NCBI GenBank assembly: GCA_934148015.1
Contig: CAKPCU010000004.1
Span: 10,800-74,799 of the forward strand
DNA: 64,000 nucleotides
Reading direction: 5' to 3'
Source of the DNA: an uncultured Bacilli bacterium
Lineage (GTDB): Bacteria > Bacillota_I > Bacilli_A > RF39 > UBA660
Position numbers and translations under genes: made by a program. Below the pieces are notes generated by a model, which saw only the letters and a program-made list of their open reading frames with translations, did not search any database and was not told the origin of the DNA. Position 1 is the first letter of the stretch; each line of letters opens with the position of its first letter. Below are positions 1-9,327 of the stretch, one piece after another.

Positions 1-291
1 TTTATTTGAGAATGTATCTATACCTTTGATTAATCCAATTGTTCCTATACTAATTAGGTCATCTAGTTCCTCCTTATTATTATCGTATTTTTTAACTATA
101 TGTGCTACTAATCTTAAATTATGTTCTACTAGTTTATTTCTAGCTTCCTTATCTTTATTTAATAATCTTTTTATTAATTCATCTTCTTCCTCCTTAGAAA
201 GAGGATCTGGAAACGTTTTGCTTCCATAACTTCCAGTTGCAAAAATAAATCCTTTTATTATTTCTGCAATAATACTTAAAAACAAATTCAT
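1..291 (-). CDS. sigK: Sporulation sigma factor, 5' part only (pro-sigma-K-like; continues beyond window edge)
   Basis: Absent from the ORF track because the stop lies outside the window. Reverse-strand translation from ATG 291..289 (RBS GGAGTGA upstream) gives MNLFLSIIAEIIKGFIFATGSYGSKTFPDPLSKEEEDELI..LVEHNLRLVAHIVKKY..DLISIGTIGLIKGI. This is a hydrophobic pro-sequence followed by sigma-70 region 2 in the SigK form; SigE is the alternative. Confidence 0.75.
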   Translation of the reverse strand, partial: MNLFLSIIAEIIKGFIFATGSYGSKTFPDPLSKEEEDELIKRLLNKDKEARNKLVEHNLRLVAHIVKKYDNNKEELDDLISIGTIGLIKGIDTFSNK

Positions 292-382
292 CACTCCTAC
301 AAAATTATATGAAAAATTATAGTGAATTTATGTTATAATATTAAACATATGAATAGAAATCTATTTCTCAAGGTGGTACGCT

Positions 383-1276
383 ATGATAAATTTTAAGTTT
401 GAATTTAATTTATTCAATGATAGTTATTATTTTTATGAACGTTTGATTGTCTTGGCCTTTTCTTTAATACCAACAATTATTCTTGCATGGTTTATTTTAT
501 ATACTGATAGAAAGAATAAAGAACCTGCTAAAAATATTATAATTTGTTTATTATCTGGTTTTCTTACAACAGCTTTAGCAAGTTATTTTGAAGGAATAGT
601 AGCTAAATACATCTCAAATGATGTTGCTTTAACATATATCTGGGCTTTGGTAGAAGAGGTGTCTAAAATAGCTATATTCTTCTTATTTATATTTGATAAT
701 AAGCACTATGATGAAATTTATGATGGTATTATTTACATGACATTAATAGCACTTTCTTTTGCGGGTATTGAAAATATAATGTATGCATTTTCAGAAAATA
801 CTGTATCTAATAGTATTGGACTTGCTTTGATGCGTGATTTTACAACCATTCCTCTTCATGTTATTTGTGGAGTTGTAATTGGTTATTTTCTATCACTGGG
901 TAATTTTAGTAAAGATAAAAATAAAAGAATTAAAAATTTTATTTTAGCTGTAGTCATGTCAACCATTATTCATGGAACATTTAATTACTCTATGACTTTA
1001 ATTAGTGGGTTTACAGGTGCTAATAGTAGTTTTGGACACATATTATTATTTCAAACATTGCCACTTATTTTAATAATGTGCATATTATTTTATGTAGCAA
1101 TTAAGTTTTCTAGAAAAACACTTATGCTAAATAAAACGTTTGCAAACAATGGAACATTTAATGATAAGTATAAATATCTGATGAATTATAATGAGTACGT
1201 AAGAAGCTATATTAAAAATAAAAGAGATATTCTTTATGAAAAGACAAGATTAGGAATAAAAAAGAAAAATAAGTAA
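383..1276 (+). CDS. PrsW-family intramembrane protease (polytopic membrane protein)
   Basis: Multiple TM segments plus PrsW-type motifs: EEVSKIAIFF (EExxK), FAGIENIMY, HGTFN. Confidence 0.55.
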   Translation: MINFKFEFNLFNDSYYFYERLIVLAFSLIPTIILAWFILYTDRKNKEPAKNIIICLLSGFLTTALASYFEGIVAKYISNDVALTYIWALVEEVSKIAIFFLFIFDNKHYDEIYDGIIYMTLIALSFAGIENIMYAFSENTVSNSIGLALMRDFTTIPLHVICGVVIGYFLSLGNFSKDKNKRIKNFILAVVMSTIIHGTFNYSMTLISGFTGANSSFGHILLFQTLPLILIMCILFYVAIKFSRKTLMLNKTFANNGTFNDKYKYLMNYNEYVRSYIKNKRDILYEKTRLGIKKKNK

Positions 1277-1291
1277 AGAATGGAGAATTAT

Positions 1292-1813
1292 ATGAAAAAA
1301 AGGTTTTTACCTAGTATGTATAAAAAAAATATATTTGAAATAAATTATGAATTATTAAAGAAAAACGGAATTAAGTGTTTACTCTTTGATGTTGATAACA
1401 CTATTTCTCCTGCAAAGGAAAGAAAATTATGTGATAAAACTAAAAAACTATTTGATAAACTTAAAAATGATTTTAAGATAATTTTATTTTCTAATAATAT
1501 TGAGAAAAGAATAAGAAAGTTTTCATCGTTTTATGATGTAGAGTTTGAATCATTATCATTAAAGCCGTTATACTTTAAATACAGTAAAATATTAAGAAAA
1601 AGTGGGTTTAAAAAGTCAGAAATAGCTGCTATTGGAGATCAAATAGTAACTGATATTTATGGTGGTAATAAGGCTGGAATAACAACTATTTTAGTTGATC
1701 CTATGAGTAAAGTAGAAGGTAAAACAACTTCTATAAATAGAGTTATAGAAAGACAAATAATTAATAATTATAAGAAAAAAAATATTTTTGTAAAGGGAAA
1801 ATATTATGAATAG
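1292..1813 (+). CDS. yqeG: YqeG-family HAD-IIIA phosphatase
   Basis: DVDNT (DxDxT) and GDQIVTDIYGGNKAGITTILV motifs; sits upstream of yqeH as in Bacillus. ORF track starts at 1280, but ATG 1292 has better spacing to GGAGA. Confidence 0.8.
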   Translation: MKKRFLPSMYKKNIFEINYELLKKNGIKCLLFDVDNTISPAKERKLCDKTKKLFDKLKNDFKIILFSNNIEKRIRKFSSFYDVEFESLSLKPLYFKYSKILRKSGFKKSEIAAIGDQIVTDIYGGNKAGITTILVDPMSKVEGKTTSINRVIERQIINNYKKKNIFVKGKYYE

Positions 1814-2816
1814 AAAATGTATTGGTTGTGGAGTTATACTACAAAGTACTGATCCTAATAAGGTGGGTTATATAGAAAAAAGCATATTAAGTGATGCCTT
1901 TGTATGTAAAAGATGTTTTAGAATTAAGAATTATGGTGAGTATAAAATCGTTAAAAAAAATACTTTGGATTATAAAAAAATATTTGATGAGATTAAAGAT
2001 AAAAAAGAATTAGTTTTATTTATATGTGATATTTTAAAACTTGATGATACTTTAAATAGCATAAATGATTTTAATTGCAAAGTAATTTTAGTTATAACTA
2101 AAAAGGATTTGTTACCTAAGTCAGTTAAAGATACTAAAATAATAAATTACATAAAAAATAATTATCATTTAAATTTAGTTGATATTATATTAGTTAGTAG
2201 TAATAATAACTATAATTTAGATTTGCTATATAATTTAATTAATAAATATAAGACTTCTTCTAATGTTTATTTGGTTGGAAGCTCTAATGCTGGAAAAAGT
2301 ACTTTAATTAATGCTCTTATAAAGTCTTATTCTAACACTAGGCCTTATATTACAACTAGTATACTACCAGCTACTACACTTGATACTATAAGTGTTAAAT
2401 TAAATGATAACCTTACTTTTATAGATACGCCTGGGCTTGTATTTGATGATGATTTTATTTCATTTTTAACACCAAATGAAATAAAAGAAGTGTCTTGCAA
2501 AAAAGAAATTAAACCTAGAACTTATCAAATTAAGCCTAATCAATCTATTTTAATTGGAAACTACGCTAGATTAGATTATCTATCAGATAAGAAAAATAGC
2601 ATAACAATATATATTTCTAATAATGTAAAAATTTCTAGAATAAATATCAATACTAATAATAAACTAAAAAGTTTAAAAACGACTAAATTTGATTTAAAAA
2701 ATAATCAAGATATAGTAATAAATGGTCTATGTTTTTGCAAAATAGTTGATTCTTGTAGAATTTTTGTGTATACTAATGAACATGCTAAAGTTTTTAGTAG
2801 AAATAATTTGATATAA
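1806..2816 (+). CDS. yqeH: Ribosome biogenesis GTPase YqeH (circularly permuted GTPase)
   Basis: N-terminal CxxC..CxxC zinc motif (CIGCG..CKRCF) and Walker A GSSNAGKSTLINAL after the G4 region. Start overlaps the yqeG stop. Confidence 0.85.
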   Translation: MNRKCIGCGVILQSTDPNKVGYIEKSILSDAFVCKRCFRIKNYGEYKIVKKNTLDYKKIFDEIKDKKELVLFICDILKLDDTLNSINDFNCKVILVITKKDLLPKSVKDTKIINYIKNNYHLNLVDIILVSSNNNYNLDLLYNLINKYKTSSNVYLVGSSNAGKSTLINALIKSYSNTRPYITTSILPATTLDTISVKLNDNLTFIDTPGLVFDDDFISFLTPNEIKEVSCKKEIKPRTYQIKPNQSILIGNYARLDYLSDKKNSITIYISNNVKISRININTNNKLKSLKTTKFDLKNNQDIVINGLCFCKIVDSCRIFVYTNEHAKVFSRNNLI

Positions 2817-2834
2817 TTAGGTGGTGTTTAAACT

Positions 2835-3698
2835 ATGTTTCATGAAGAAAAATTAGAAGAATTTTTGAATATAGGAACGTATAATAAGTTTAAAAAGGAC
2901 GCAAAAATTCAATTTAAAGATGGAAGTTATACTGATAATTGGTTTATAAATAACAAAGATGTAATATTGAATTCAGATGAAGGAACTTGTAATTTAATAA
3001 AAAAACAATTTTATGAGTACAAAAAAAATTCTTTGAGTGTAATAAAAAAAGAATCTGATCTTAGTTATAAAGCTATGCTTGCTATGATAAAAAAGGCAGA
3101 GGAATTTTTAAATTGCGATAACTTAGACAAATTTAATTATAACTCTTCTGTAACGTTTAAAAATGGTGATAAAATGTATTTATGGTATTTGGATAATATA
3201 ATTACAATAAATACATCTCAAAAAGAAGTATTTCAAAAGATAAGAAAACAACTTGAAAAAAGAAATGAATTAAATAAAAAAAGAAAAATTTTAGAATATA
3301 ATAAAAGAAGATTATATTTTTATAAAGAAAACAGTTTAGAAAAGTTCAATCCTAAAAGTTCTATAGTTTTTAAAGATGGATACAGAATGGGTCTTTGGTA
3401 TAAAGAAAATAGAGAAAATATATCTATCTCTAATAACCCAGTTGATGAACTTATAGAGGAACAAAAAAATTTATATTATGAGTATGAATGGTTAAAAAAA
3501 GAATTTATGAAATGCAGATCAAATGAGAAGTTTAATTCATATGGTAATGAAAGATTTAAAAGTGGTGCTTTGATGTATTTTTTCTTTGAAGTACATAAAG
3601 AAGATATATTACTTTCAAATGATGAAGTTAGTAATTTAATTAAAGAGCAATACTATGAATATACTGACAGTTTAAATAACAATAAAAAAGTAAAATAA
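2835..3698 (+). CDS. Hypothetical protein with four ~70-aa internal tandem repeats
   Basis: Repeat unit KFN..S.v.FKdG..m.LWY..N...i......v..LI.eQ...YyEY occurs four times along the 287 aa. No family recognised. Confidence 0.6.
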   Translation: MFHEEKLEEFLNIGTYNKFKKDAKIQFKDGSYTDNWFINNKDVILNSDEGTCNLIKKQFYEYKKNSLSVIKKESDLSYKAMLAMIKKAEEFLNCDNLDKFNYNSSVTFKNGDKMYLWYLDNIITINTSQKEVFQKIRKQLEKRNELNKKRKILEYNKRRLYFYKENSLEKFNPKSSIVFKDGYRMGLWYKENRENISISNNPVDELIEEQKNLYYEYEWLKKEFMKCRSNEKFNSYGNERFKSGALMYFFFEVHKEDILLSNDEVSNLIKEQYYEYTDSLNNNKKVK

Positions 3699-3781
3699 GA
3701 ATTAGTCATTATTATGTGACTAGTTCTTTTTTTCGACATATATCTTATTTTTTTTGTTTTATTATGTATTTAGGTGATTTT

Positions 3782-4231
3782 ATGAAGAAAATTATTCTTA
3801 GTATATTTCTAGCTATTTTACTAGGTGCTATTTTAGGAAAAATAACATTTGATAAATATGATCAAAATAATATAAGAAAAGTTATAAAACTAGACGGCAA
3901 TTTATACATGCTAAAATATAGTAGCTATAAATCATACGATGACATGGTAAAAGGTACTTATGAATTTGATAGATATGTTTATATTAAAAAAAATAATGGA
4001 TATACGGTATACACTGCTATATCAAAAACAAGAGAAAATATAGATAAAATTAACAAACTATATGACAATAAATATATTGTTCAAAAAGTAAACGTATCAA
4101 ATGATGAATTTATACAAAATTTGGATGAGTATGAGAAACTTCTTACTCTTGCTAATGATAAGGAAACTATTATGGTAATTGAAAATCAAATATTATCTTG
4201 TTATGAAAAGATGGTGGTTAATAATGAGTAA
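3782..4231 (+). CDS. Hypothetical membrane-anchored protein
   Basis: MKKIILSIFLAILLGAILG signal anchor. ATG 3782 follows AGGTGA; the ORF-track start at 3716 adds an implausible extension. Confidence 0.55.
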   Translation: MKKIILSIFLAILLGAILGKITFDKYDQNNIRKVIKLDGNLYMLKYSSYKSYDDMVKGTYEFDRYVYIKKNNGYTVYTAISKTRENIDKINKLYDNKYIVQKVNVSNDEFIQNLDEYEKLLTLANDKETIMVIENQILSCYEKMVVNNE

Positions 4232-4925
4232 TACTTTAATAAAGCAAATTCCAAGAGATGAAAGACCAAGAGAAAGATTAGTTAAATATGGAGCTAAAAA
4301 CTTATCTACGGAGGATTTAATAGCAATAATACTTAAGACTGGTACTAAGGATTATTCTTCAAGATTCTTAGCAAGTCAAATACTAAAAAAGGTAAAGAAT
4401 GTTTCTGAACTTAAAAAACTTTCTTTATCAAATTTAATTGGTATAAATGGTATTGGGGCTGTTAAAGCAATTGAATTTTTGGCAGCATTAGAACTTGGAA
4501 GGAGGGTTTACGAAGCTAAAATGCTTGATAATGATCTTAAATGTAACAGTGCAAATAAAATATTTAATTATTTTAGGTCTGAATTATCTGATGTGCAGCA
4601 AGAATATTTTTACTGTTTATACTTAGATCAACATAAAAGATTGATAGATAAAAAATTATTATTCAAAGGTACATTAAATAAAAGCTATATTCATCCAAGA
4701 GAAATATTTAAAGAAGCATATCTTGCGTCAGCAGCTTCAATTATATGTGTTCATAATCACCCGTCTGGAAATGTTATTCCATCCAGGGATGATATTATAG
4801 TTACTGAAAATTTAGTTAAAATAGGTATTCTTCAAGGAATTCCCATATTAGACCATATAATAATAGGAGAGAATAATTATTATAGTTTTTATGAAAATAA
4901 CATGATAGGAGGAAAAAAAGGATGA
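4224..4925 (+). CDS. radC: RadC-family JAB-domain protein
   Basis: HhH region (GINGIGAVKAIE) and JAMM motif HNHPSGNVIPSRDD. ATG 4224 follows GGTGG. Confidence 0.9.
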   Translation: MSNTLIKQIPRDERPRERLVKYGAKNLSTEDLIAIILKTGTKDYSSRFLASQILKKVKNVSELKKLSLSNLIGINGIGAVKAIEFLAALELGRRVYEAKMLDNDLKCNSANKIFNYFRSELSDVQQEYFYCLYLDQHKRLIDKKLLFKGTLNKSYIHPREIFKEAYLASAASIICVHNHPSGNVIPSRDDIIVTENLVKIGILQGIPILDHIIIGENNYYSFYENNMIGGKKG

Positions 4926-5695
4926 AAAAGCCATTAAATAATAGTAGTGGTAAGAAAAAGAATATATTAATAAAAATAATAGTAATTTTTGTATTTATCT
5001 TTTTCTTTGTAAGCGTAATTGTTTTATCTGATAGAAAATACTTTTATATAGAAAAAACTTTTAAATGCATCACAAAAAAAATAAATTATTCTTTAGTTAG
5101 AAAATTATATAATAAAGAAAATAGTATTGGTAACGACGGATATATTAGTAAAATTAAGACATTAGAAAAGGAAAATAATGAACTTAAAGATATAATTGAT
5201 TTAAAAGGAAAAAATACGAATTATATGCCAGAAGTTGTAATAAGTAGAGCTAGCTATAATTGGTATAAAAAAATAGAAATTACTAATAATAATCACAATG
5301 ATAAAGAAAAGGTGCCCGTTATAAACCAATATGGATTAGTAGGTTTTGTTAGTAAGACTTCTAAAAGTGTTAATGAAGTTGAACTTTTAACAAATATGAA
5401 AAATAATTTAATTTCTGTTTTAATAGAAACTGATAATAAAGAAATATCTGGTGTTTTAAAATATTATGATAGTAAGAAAGGACTATTTATAGTGTCTGAT
5501 ATAATAGATAAAAATGAAATAAAAGATGGAGATAGGGTTGTTTTAAGTGGATATCAAAGTAATTATAAAGGAATTTTCGTTGGAAATGTTGCTAGTCAAG
5601 AAATTAATGACTATGGACTTACTAAAACAGTTTTGGTTAAATCAAATGTTAATTTTGATGATATAATGTATGTTTTTATGGTTGGTGAAAAATGA
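4922..5695 (+). CDS. mreC: Rod shape-determining protein MreC
   Basis: N-terminal TM, coiled coil (KIKTLEKENNELKDIIDLK), beta-rich C-terminal domain (GLVGFVSKTSKSVNEVELLT). ATGA overlap with radC. Confidence 0.75.
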   Translation: MKKPLNNSSGKKKNILIKIIVIFVFIFFFVSVIVLSDRKYFYIEKTFKCITKKINYSLVRKLYNKENSIGNDGYISKIKTLEKENNELKDIIDLKGKNTNYMPEVVISRASYNWYKKIEITNNNHNDKEKVPVINQYGLVGFVSKTSKSVNEVELLTNMKNNLISVLIETDNKEISGVLKYYDSKKGLFIVSDIIDKNEIKDGDRVVLSGYQSNYKGIFVGNVASQEINDYGLTKTVLVKSNVNFDDIMYVFMVGEK

Positions 5696-6165
5696 TTTTA
5701 ATGATAATTTTACTTATACTTTCATCATTTTTAGATGGCATATTACAAGTTATATTTAAAGATGTATTGCCTTTATTTTTTTTGGCTACTATAGTAGTTT
5801 TTTCTATAAAAAATAATAATAAATTATTTTATTATGTTATTATATTTTTATTTGGATTAATATATGGCCTATCATATACGTCTTTATTTTTTCTATATGC
5901 ATTTATATATGTATTTATAGCATACATACTAAGCTTTATAAGTAATAAAAATAATTATATAAAATTATTTTTTACTTATAATTTATCCATTTTAATGTAT
6001 ATAGTATTAATGTTTATTTTTTCATTTTATACTAATTATAATTTAATGAATATTATTTATTTATATTTTAAAAACTTACCATTAAATTATATATATTTTA
6101 CTATTATGTATCTGTTTATTAATACTTTATGTAATAATAGGAATAGATTAAATAAATATTCATAA
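5692..6165 (+). CDS. mreD: MreD-like polytopic membrane protein
   Basis: Small, very hydrophobic, translationally coupled to mreC (ATGA overlap). Call is mainly positional. Confidence 0.5.
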   Translation: MILMIILLILSSFLDGILQVIFKDVLPLFFLATIVVFSIKNNNKLFYYVIIFLFGLIYGLSYTSLFFLYAFIYVFIAYILSFISNKNNYIKLFFTYNLSILMYIVLMFIFSFYTNYNLMNIIYLYFKNLPLNYIYFTIMYLFINTLCNNRNRLNKYS

Positions 6166-6186
6166 AAATAAAATAGGTGATAAGAA

Positions 6187-6783
6187 ATGATTGATCAAAA
6201 TTCATTTAATTTGGATAAAAAAAAAGAGAAGAAATCATTAATAAAAAATTTAGTTTTTAGCATGATAATTAAAAGTTTAATTGTTGTGGTACTTTTTCTT
6301 GGATCACTAATATATATAAAACAAAGTAATGATAATAAAAATAAATTTAAAAATGTTGTATATAACAATTCTTTATCTTTTGCAAAAATATATGATGTTT
6401 ATAAAAAATATTTAGGTGATGTAATTCCATTTAAAAATATATTTAAAGACAATACCAAATTAGTATCTAGTGAAAAACTATCATATGAACAAATAAAAAA
6501 AGAAGATAATGGTTATATACTTAGTGTATCTAAAGATTATATAACACCTTCTATTACTAGTGGTATTATAGTAGAAAAAAAAGTAAGTTCAAAATATGAA
6601 AATGTAATTACTGTGCAAGATAAAAATGGGCTAAACATTACTTATGGATTAATAAAAAATACAAATGTTAAATTATATGATTATATAGAAAAAGGGGAAA
6701 TTATAGGACAAGCAAGTGAAGAATTATATTTAAGTTTTAAAAAGGATAATAAGTATTTATCTTATGAAAAAGTGCTTAAGTAA
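6187..6783 (+). CDS. Membrane-anchored degenerate LytM/M23-like protein (SpoIVFA-like position)
   Basis: TM anchor plus C-terminal segment GIIVEKK..ITVQDKNGLNITYGLIKNTNVKLYDYIEKGEIIGQ resembling a LytM fold. Overlaps the start of the M50 protease gene, as spoIVFA-spoIVFB do. Confidence 0.5.
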   Translation: MIDQNSFNLDKKKEKKSLIKNLVFSMIIKSLIVVVLFLGSLIYIKQSNDNKNKFKNVVYNNSLSFAKIYDVYKKYLGDVIPFKNIFKDNTKLVSSEKLSYEQIKKEDNGYILSVSKDYITPSITSGIIVEKKVSSKYENVITVQDKNGLNITYGLIKNTNVKLYDYIEKGEIIGQASEELYLSFKKDNKYLSYEKVLK

Positions 6784-7540
6784 AATAAATATATCACCTA
6801 TACTTTATATAGTGGTATTTTTTTCTTTAATATGTGGATTATTTAGAGAGATAATTGTATTTATATTGACGATAGTTATTCATGAATTAGGTCATGTTTT
6901 TGTATCGTATTTGTTTGGGTGGAATATTAAGAAAATTTCTTTTAATGTTTATGGAGGCTTTATTTCATATGATGAGGTTATTGATAAACCATTTATAGAA
7001 GAGTTATTAATAGCATTGGCAGGTTTTCTATTTCAAACAATATTTTTAATTTCATCTGCTTTTTTATACAAATTTAATATTATAGATGATAATATATTGT
7101 TTTTAGTTAAAAAATATTTTTTATCACTTTTTTTATTTAACTTAATACCAATTATTCCTTTAGATGGTTCTAAGATTTTAAGTGTTTTATTGAACATATT
7201 TTTTTCATATAAAAAGTCTCTTAAAATATTAAATTATATTTCTTTAGTATCATTAATTATAATATCTATTTTGATTATATATTATCATTTTACAATAGAA
7301 ATTAGTTATATAATAATATTTTCATTTTTAGTGAAAAATATAGTAGAAGGTTTTTATGAAGAAAAATATCTTTTTGCAAAGTTTTTGTTTCAAAGATATT
7401 CATTACCATCAAATTATTCAGAAAAAAATTATATTAATAATTATGATTTAGGAAAAATTAAAAGACAAAAAAATACTTATTTTTTAATTAATGGAAGATA
7501 CTTCAAAGAAGAAAATATTTTAAAGAAACTATTTGACTAA
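6764..7540 (+). CDS. spoIVFB: M50 site-2 metalloprotease (SpoIVFB-like, pro-sigma-K processing type)
   Basis: HELGH in a TM helix (VIHELGHVFVSY) and NLIPIIPLDGSKIL (NxxPxxxLDG). Position immediately upstream of rplU as in B. subtilis. Confidence 0.7.
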   Translation: MKKCLSKINISPILYIVVFFSLICGLFREIIVFILTIVIHELGHVFVSYLFGWNIKKISFNVYGGFISYDEVIDKPFIEELLIALAGFLFQTIFLISSAFLYKFNIIDDNILFLVKKYFLSLFLFNLIPIIPLDGSKILSVLLNIFFSYKKSLKILNYISLVSLIIISILIIYYHFTIEISYIIIFSFLVKNIVEGFYEEKYLFAKFLFQRYSLPSNYSEKNYINNYDLGKIKRQKNTYFLINGRYFKEENILKKLFD

Positions 7541-7559
7541 AATATGATTATATGATAAA

Positions 7560-7660
7560 CTATTAACGTTTGAATGAACTTCTTGTTCTTCAACCACACA
7601 GAAAAGGTTTAAAACATTTATATGTACCTTAATGGTGAGTCTAAGATTTTAAAAAAGGAG
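7560..7660 (+). promoter_or_regulatory. Possible L21 ribosomal-protein leader (5' UTR of rplU-prp-rpmA)
   Basis: 129-nt non-coding gap with a hairpin at 7571..7592 (TGAATGAAC..GTTCTTCA). An L21 leader is known upstream of rplU in Firmicutes, but this cannot be confirmed without a covariance model. Confidence 0.3.
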
Positions 7661-7669
7661 GAATAAAAG

Positions 7670-7969
7670 ATGAAAGCAGTTATAGAAACTGGTGGTAAAC
7701 AATACCGTGTTAGTGAAGGTTCTGTAATTTATGTTGAAAAATTAGATTGCGAAGCTGGAAAAACTTATACTTTTGATAAAGTTGTAATGGCTGATAATAA
7801 AGTTGGAACTCCATATATAAATGGTGCAACTGTTGAAGCTAAAGTTTTAAAACAAGGTAAAAATAAGAAGATAATAATCTTTAAATATTTACCTAAGAAA
7901 AGTTCTCATAAGAAACAAGGACATCGTCAACCATATACTAAGCTTGAAATTACTAAAATTAATGCTTAA
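7670..7969 (+). CDS. rplU: 50S ribosomal protein L21
   Basis: [17 protein letters not shown].. is the canonical L21 N-terminus. Strong RBS AAGGAGG. Confidence 0.95.
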   Translation: MKAVIETGGKQYRVSEGSVIYVEKLDCEAGKTYTFDKVVMADNKVGTPYINGATVEAKVLKQGKNKKIIIFKYLPKKSSHKKQGHRQPYTKLEITKINA

Positions 7970-7979
7970 TTGGTGATGT

Positions 7980-8282
7980 ATGATAAAAATAAAAATAAAT
8001 TATGATGATAATTTTATTAAAAGCTTTTCTATTAAAGGACATGCTAATTATGATACTATAGGAAAAGATATAGTATGTGCTTCAGTAAGTTCTATTGCTA
8101 TTTCTAGTATTAATTTAGCTTTAAGGTTTGATAAAGATTCACTTAAAGTAGTAGAAAAAGAAGGATTACTTGATGTAGAAGTTTTAAAAAAAGATAAGAT
8201 TATCAATGAAATATTTCTAAACATGGAAGATATGTTTAAGGAATTATCTCTGGATTATACAAAATACGTTAAAATTATATAG
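7980..8282 (+). CDS. prp: Ribosomal-processing cysteine protease Prp (YsxB family)
   Basis: [19 protein letters not shown] contains the conserved His and Cys. Located between rplU and rpmA. Confidence 0.9.
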   Translation: MIKIKINYDDNFIKSFSIKGHANYDTIGKDIVCASVSSIAISSINLALRFDKDSLKVVEKEGLLDVEVLKKDKIINEIFLNMEDMFKELSLDYTKYVKII

Positions 8283-8296
8283 AGGAGGTGCTTTTA

Positions 8297-8578
8297 ATGT
8301 TAAAGTTAAACATCCAATTATTTGCACACGTTAAGGCGCAAGGTTCAACTCATAACGGACGTGATAGTGAAGGTAGAAGATTAGGTGCTAAAGCTGCTGA
8401 TGGAGAATTAATAAGTGCTGGATCTATTATCTATCGTCAAAGAGGAACTAAGATTTATCCTGGAACAAACGTTGGTATGGGTAAGGATCACACATTATTC
8501 GCTAAAATTACTGGGTATGTTAAATTTGAACGCCTAGGAAGAGATAAAAAGCAAGTTAGTGTATATGAAGCTAAATAA
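8297..8578 (+). CDS. rpmA: 50S ribosomal protein L27 with N-terminal Prp-cleavable propeptide
   Basis: [10 protein letters not shown]|[25 protein letters not shown] 8297 lies 8 nt after GGAGG; the ORF-track GTG 8288 is inside the RBS. Confidence 0.95.
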   Translation: MLKLNIQLFAHVKAQGSTHNGRDSEGRRLGAKAADGELISAGSIIYRQRGTKIYPGTNVGMGKDHTLFAKITGYVKFERLGRDKKQVSVYEAK

Positions 8579-8604
8579 TATCATCTTATGATGGTATTTT
8601 TTTT
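8579..8604 (+). terminator. Rho-independent terminator after rpmA
   Basis: Stem TATCATC/GATGGTA, 4-nt loop, then a T8 run. Confidence 0.6.
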
Positions 8605-8663
8605 AAATTAATATATTTTATTATTTTATTTTATATGGTAAAATTAGTTAGAGGTGATTTATT

Positions 8664-9302
8664 ATGCGTTATAATATTGTAAAAGATGCAGATGAGATTT
8701 TAAAAAATAGTACATATTTAGTAAAAAATCCTAGTGAATATAAAAATAAATGGAATACTTTATTTGCTAACAATAATCCTATTAATTTGGAACTTGGTAT
8801 GGGACGTGGTAGTTTTATTATAGAAATGGCTAAGAAAAATCCTAAAATTAATTATATAGGATTAGAACTAGATAAAAATCAAACAGCTTATGCTATTAAA
8901 ACGATAGGCAGTCAAAAGATTAATAATTTAAAAATAATTTGTGCAAGTGCAGATGATATAGTAAACTTTTTTGGAAAGGAAATAAATACTATTTATTTAA
9001 CATTTTCAGAACCATGGCCAAAAAGACATGATGCAAATAAAAGATTTACTCATGTTAATTATTTAAAATTATATGATAGAATTTTTAAGAAAAATAAACA
9101 CATAATATTAAAAACTGATAATAAAATATTATTTGCTTCAGCTCTAGAAAGTTTAAGTGATTACTGGTACATATTTGATAAGGTGAGTTTAGATTTACAT
9201 AATGATGAAAGAAAAATAGATAATGTTATGACTGATTTTGAAAAGCAATATTTTAAAGAAAGAAGACCTATATATTATCTAGAAGCTTCTTTTAAGAGTT
9301 AA
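8664..9302 (+). CDS. trmB: tRNA (guanine46-N7)-methyltransferase
   Basis: ELGMGRGSFIIEMAKKNP SAM motif and FSEPWPKRHDANKRF (the FxDPWxKxRHxKRR block). Confidence 0.85.
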   Translation: MRYNIVKDADEILKNSTYLVKNPSEYKNKWNTLFANNNPINLELGMGRGSFIIEMAKKNPKINYIGLELDKNQTAYAIKTIGSQKINNLKIICASADDIVNFFGKEINTIYLTFSEPWPKRHDANKRFTHVNYLKLYDRIFKKNKHIILKTDNKILFASALESLSDYWYIFDKVSLDLHNDERKIDNVMTDFEKQYFKERRPIYYLEASFKS

Positions 9303-9327
9303 TTATTTTTGTTTAGGGGTGATTTAT

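Noticed and set aside
26-229. 67-aa + strand ORF at the window start
   Set aside because: Low-complexity S/L-rich shadow ORF. The opposite strand encodes a clear sigma-factor N-terminus.
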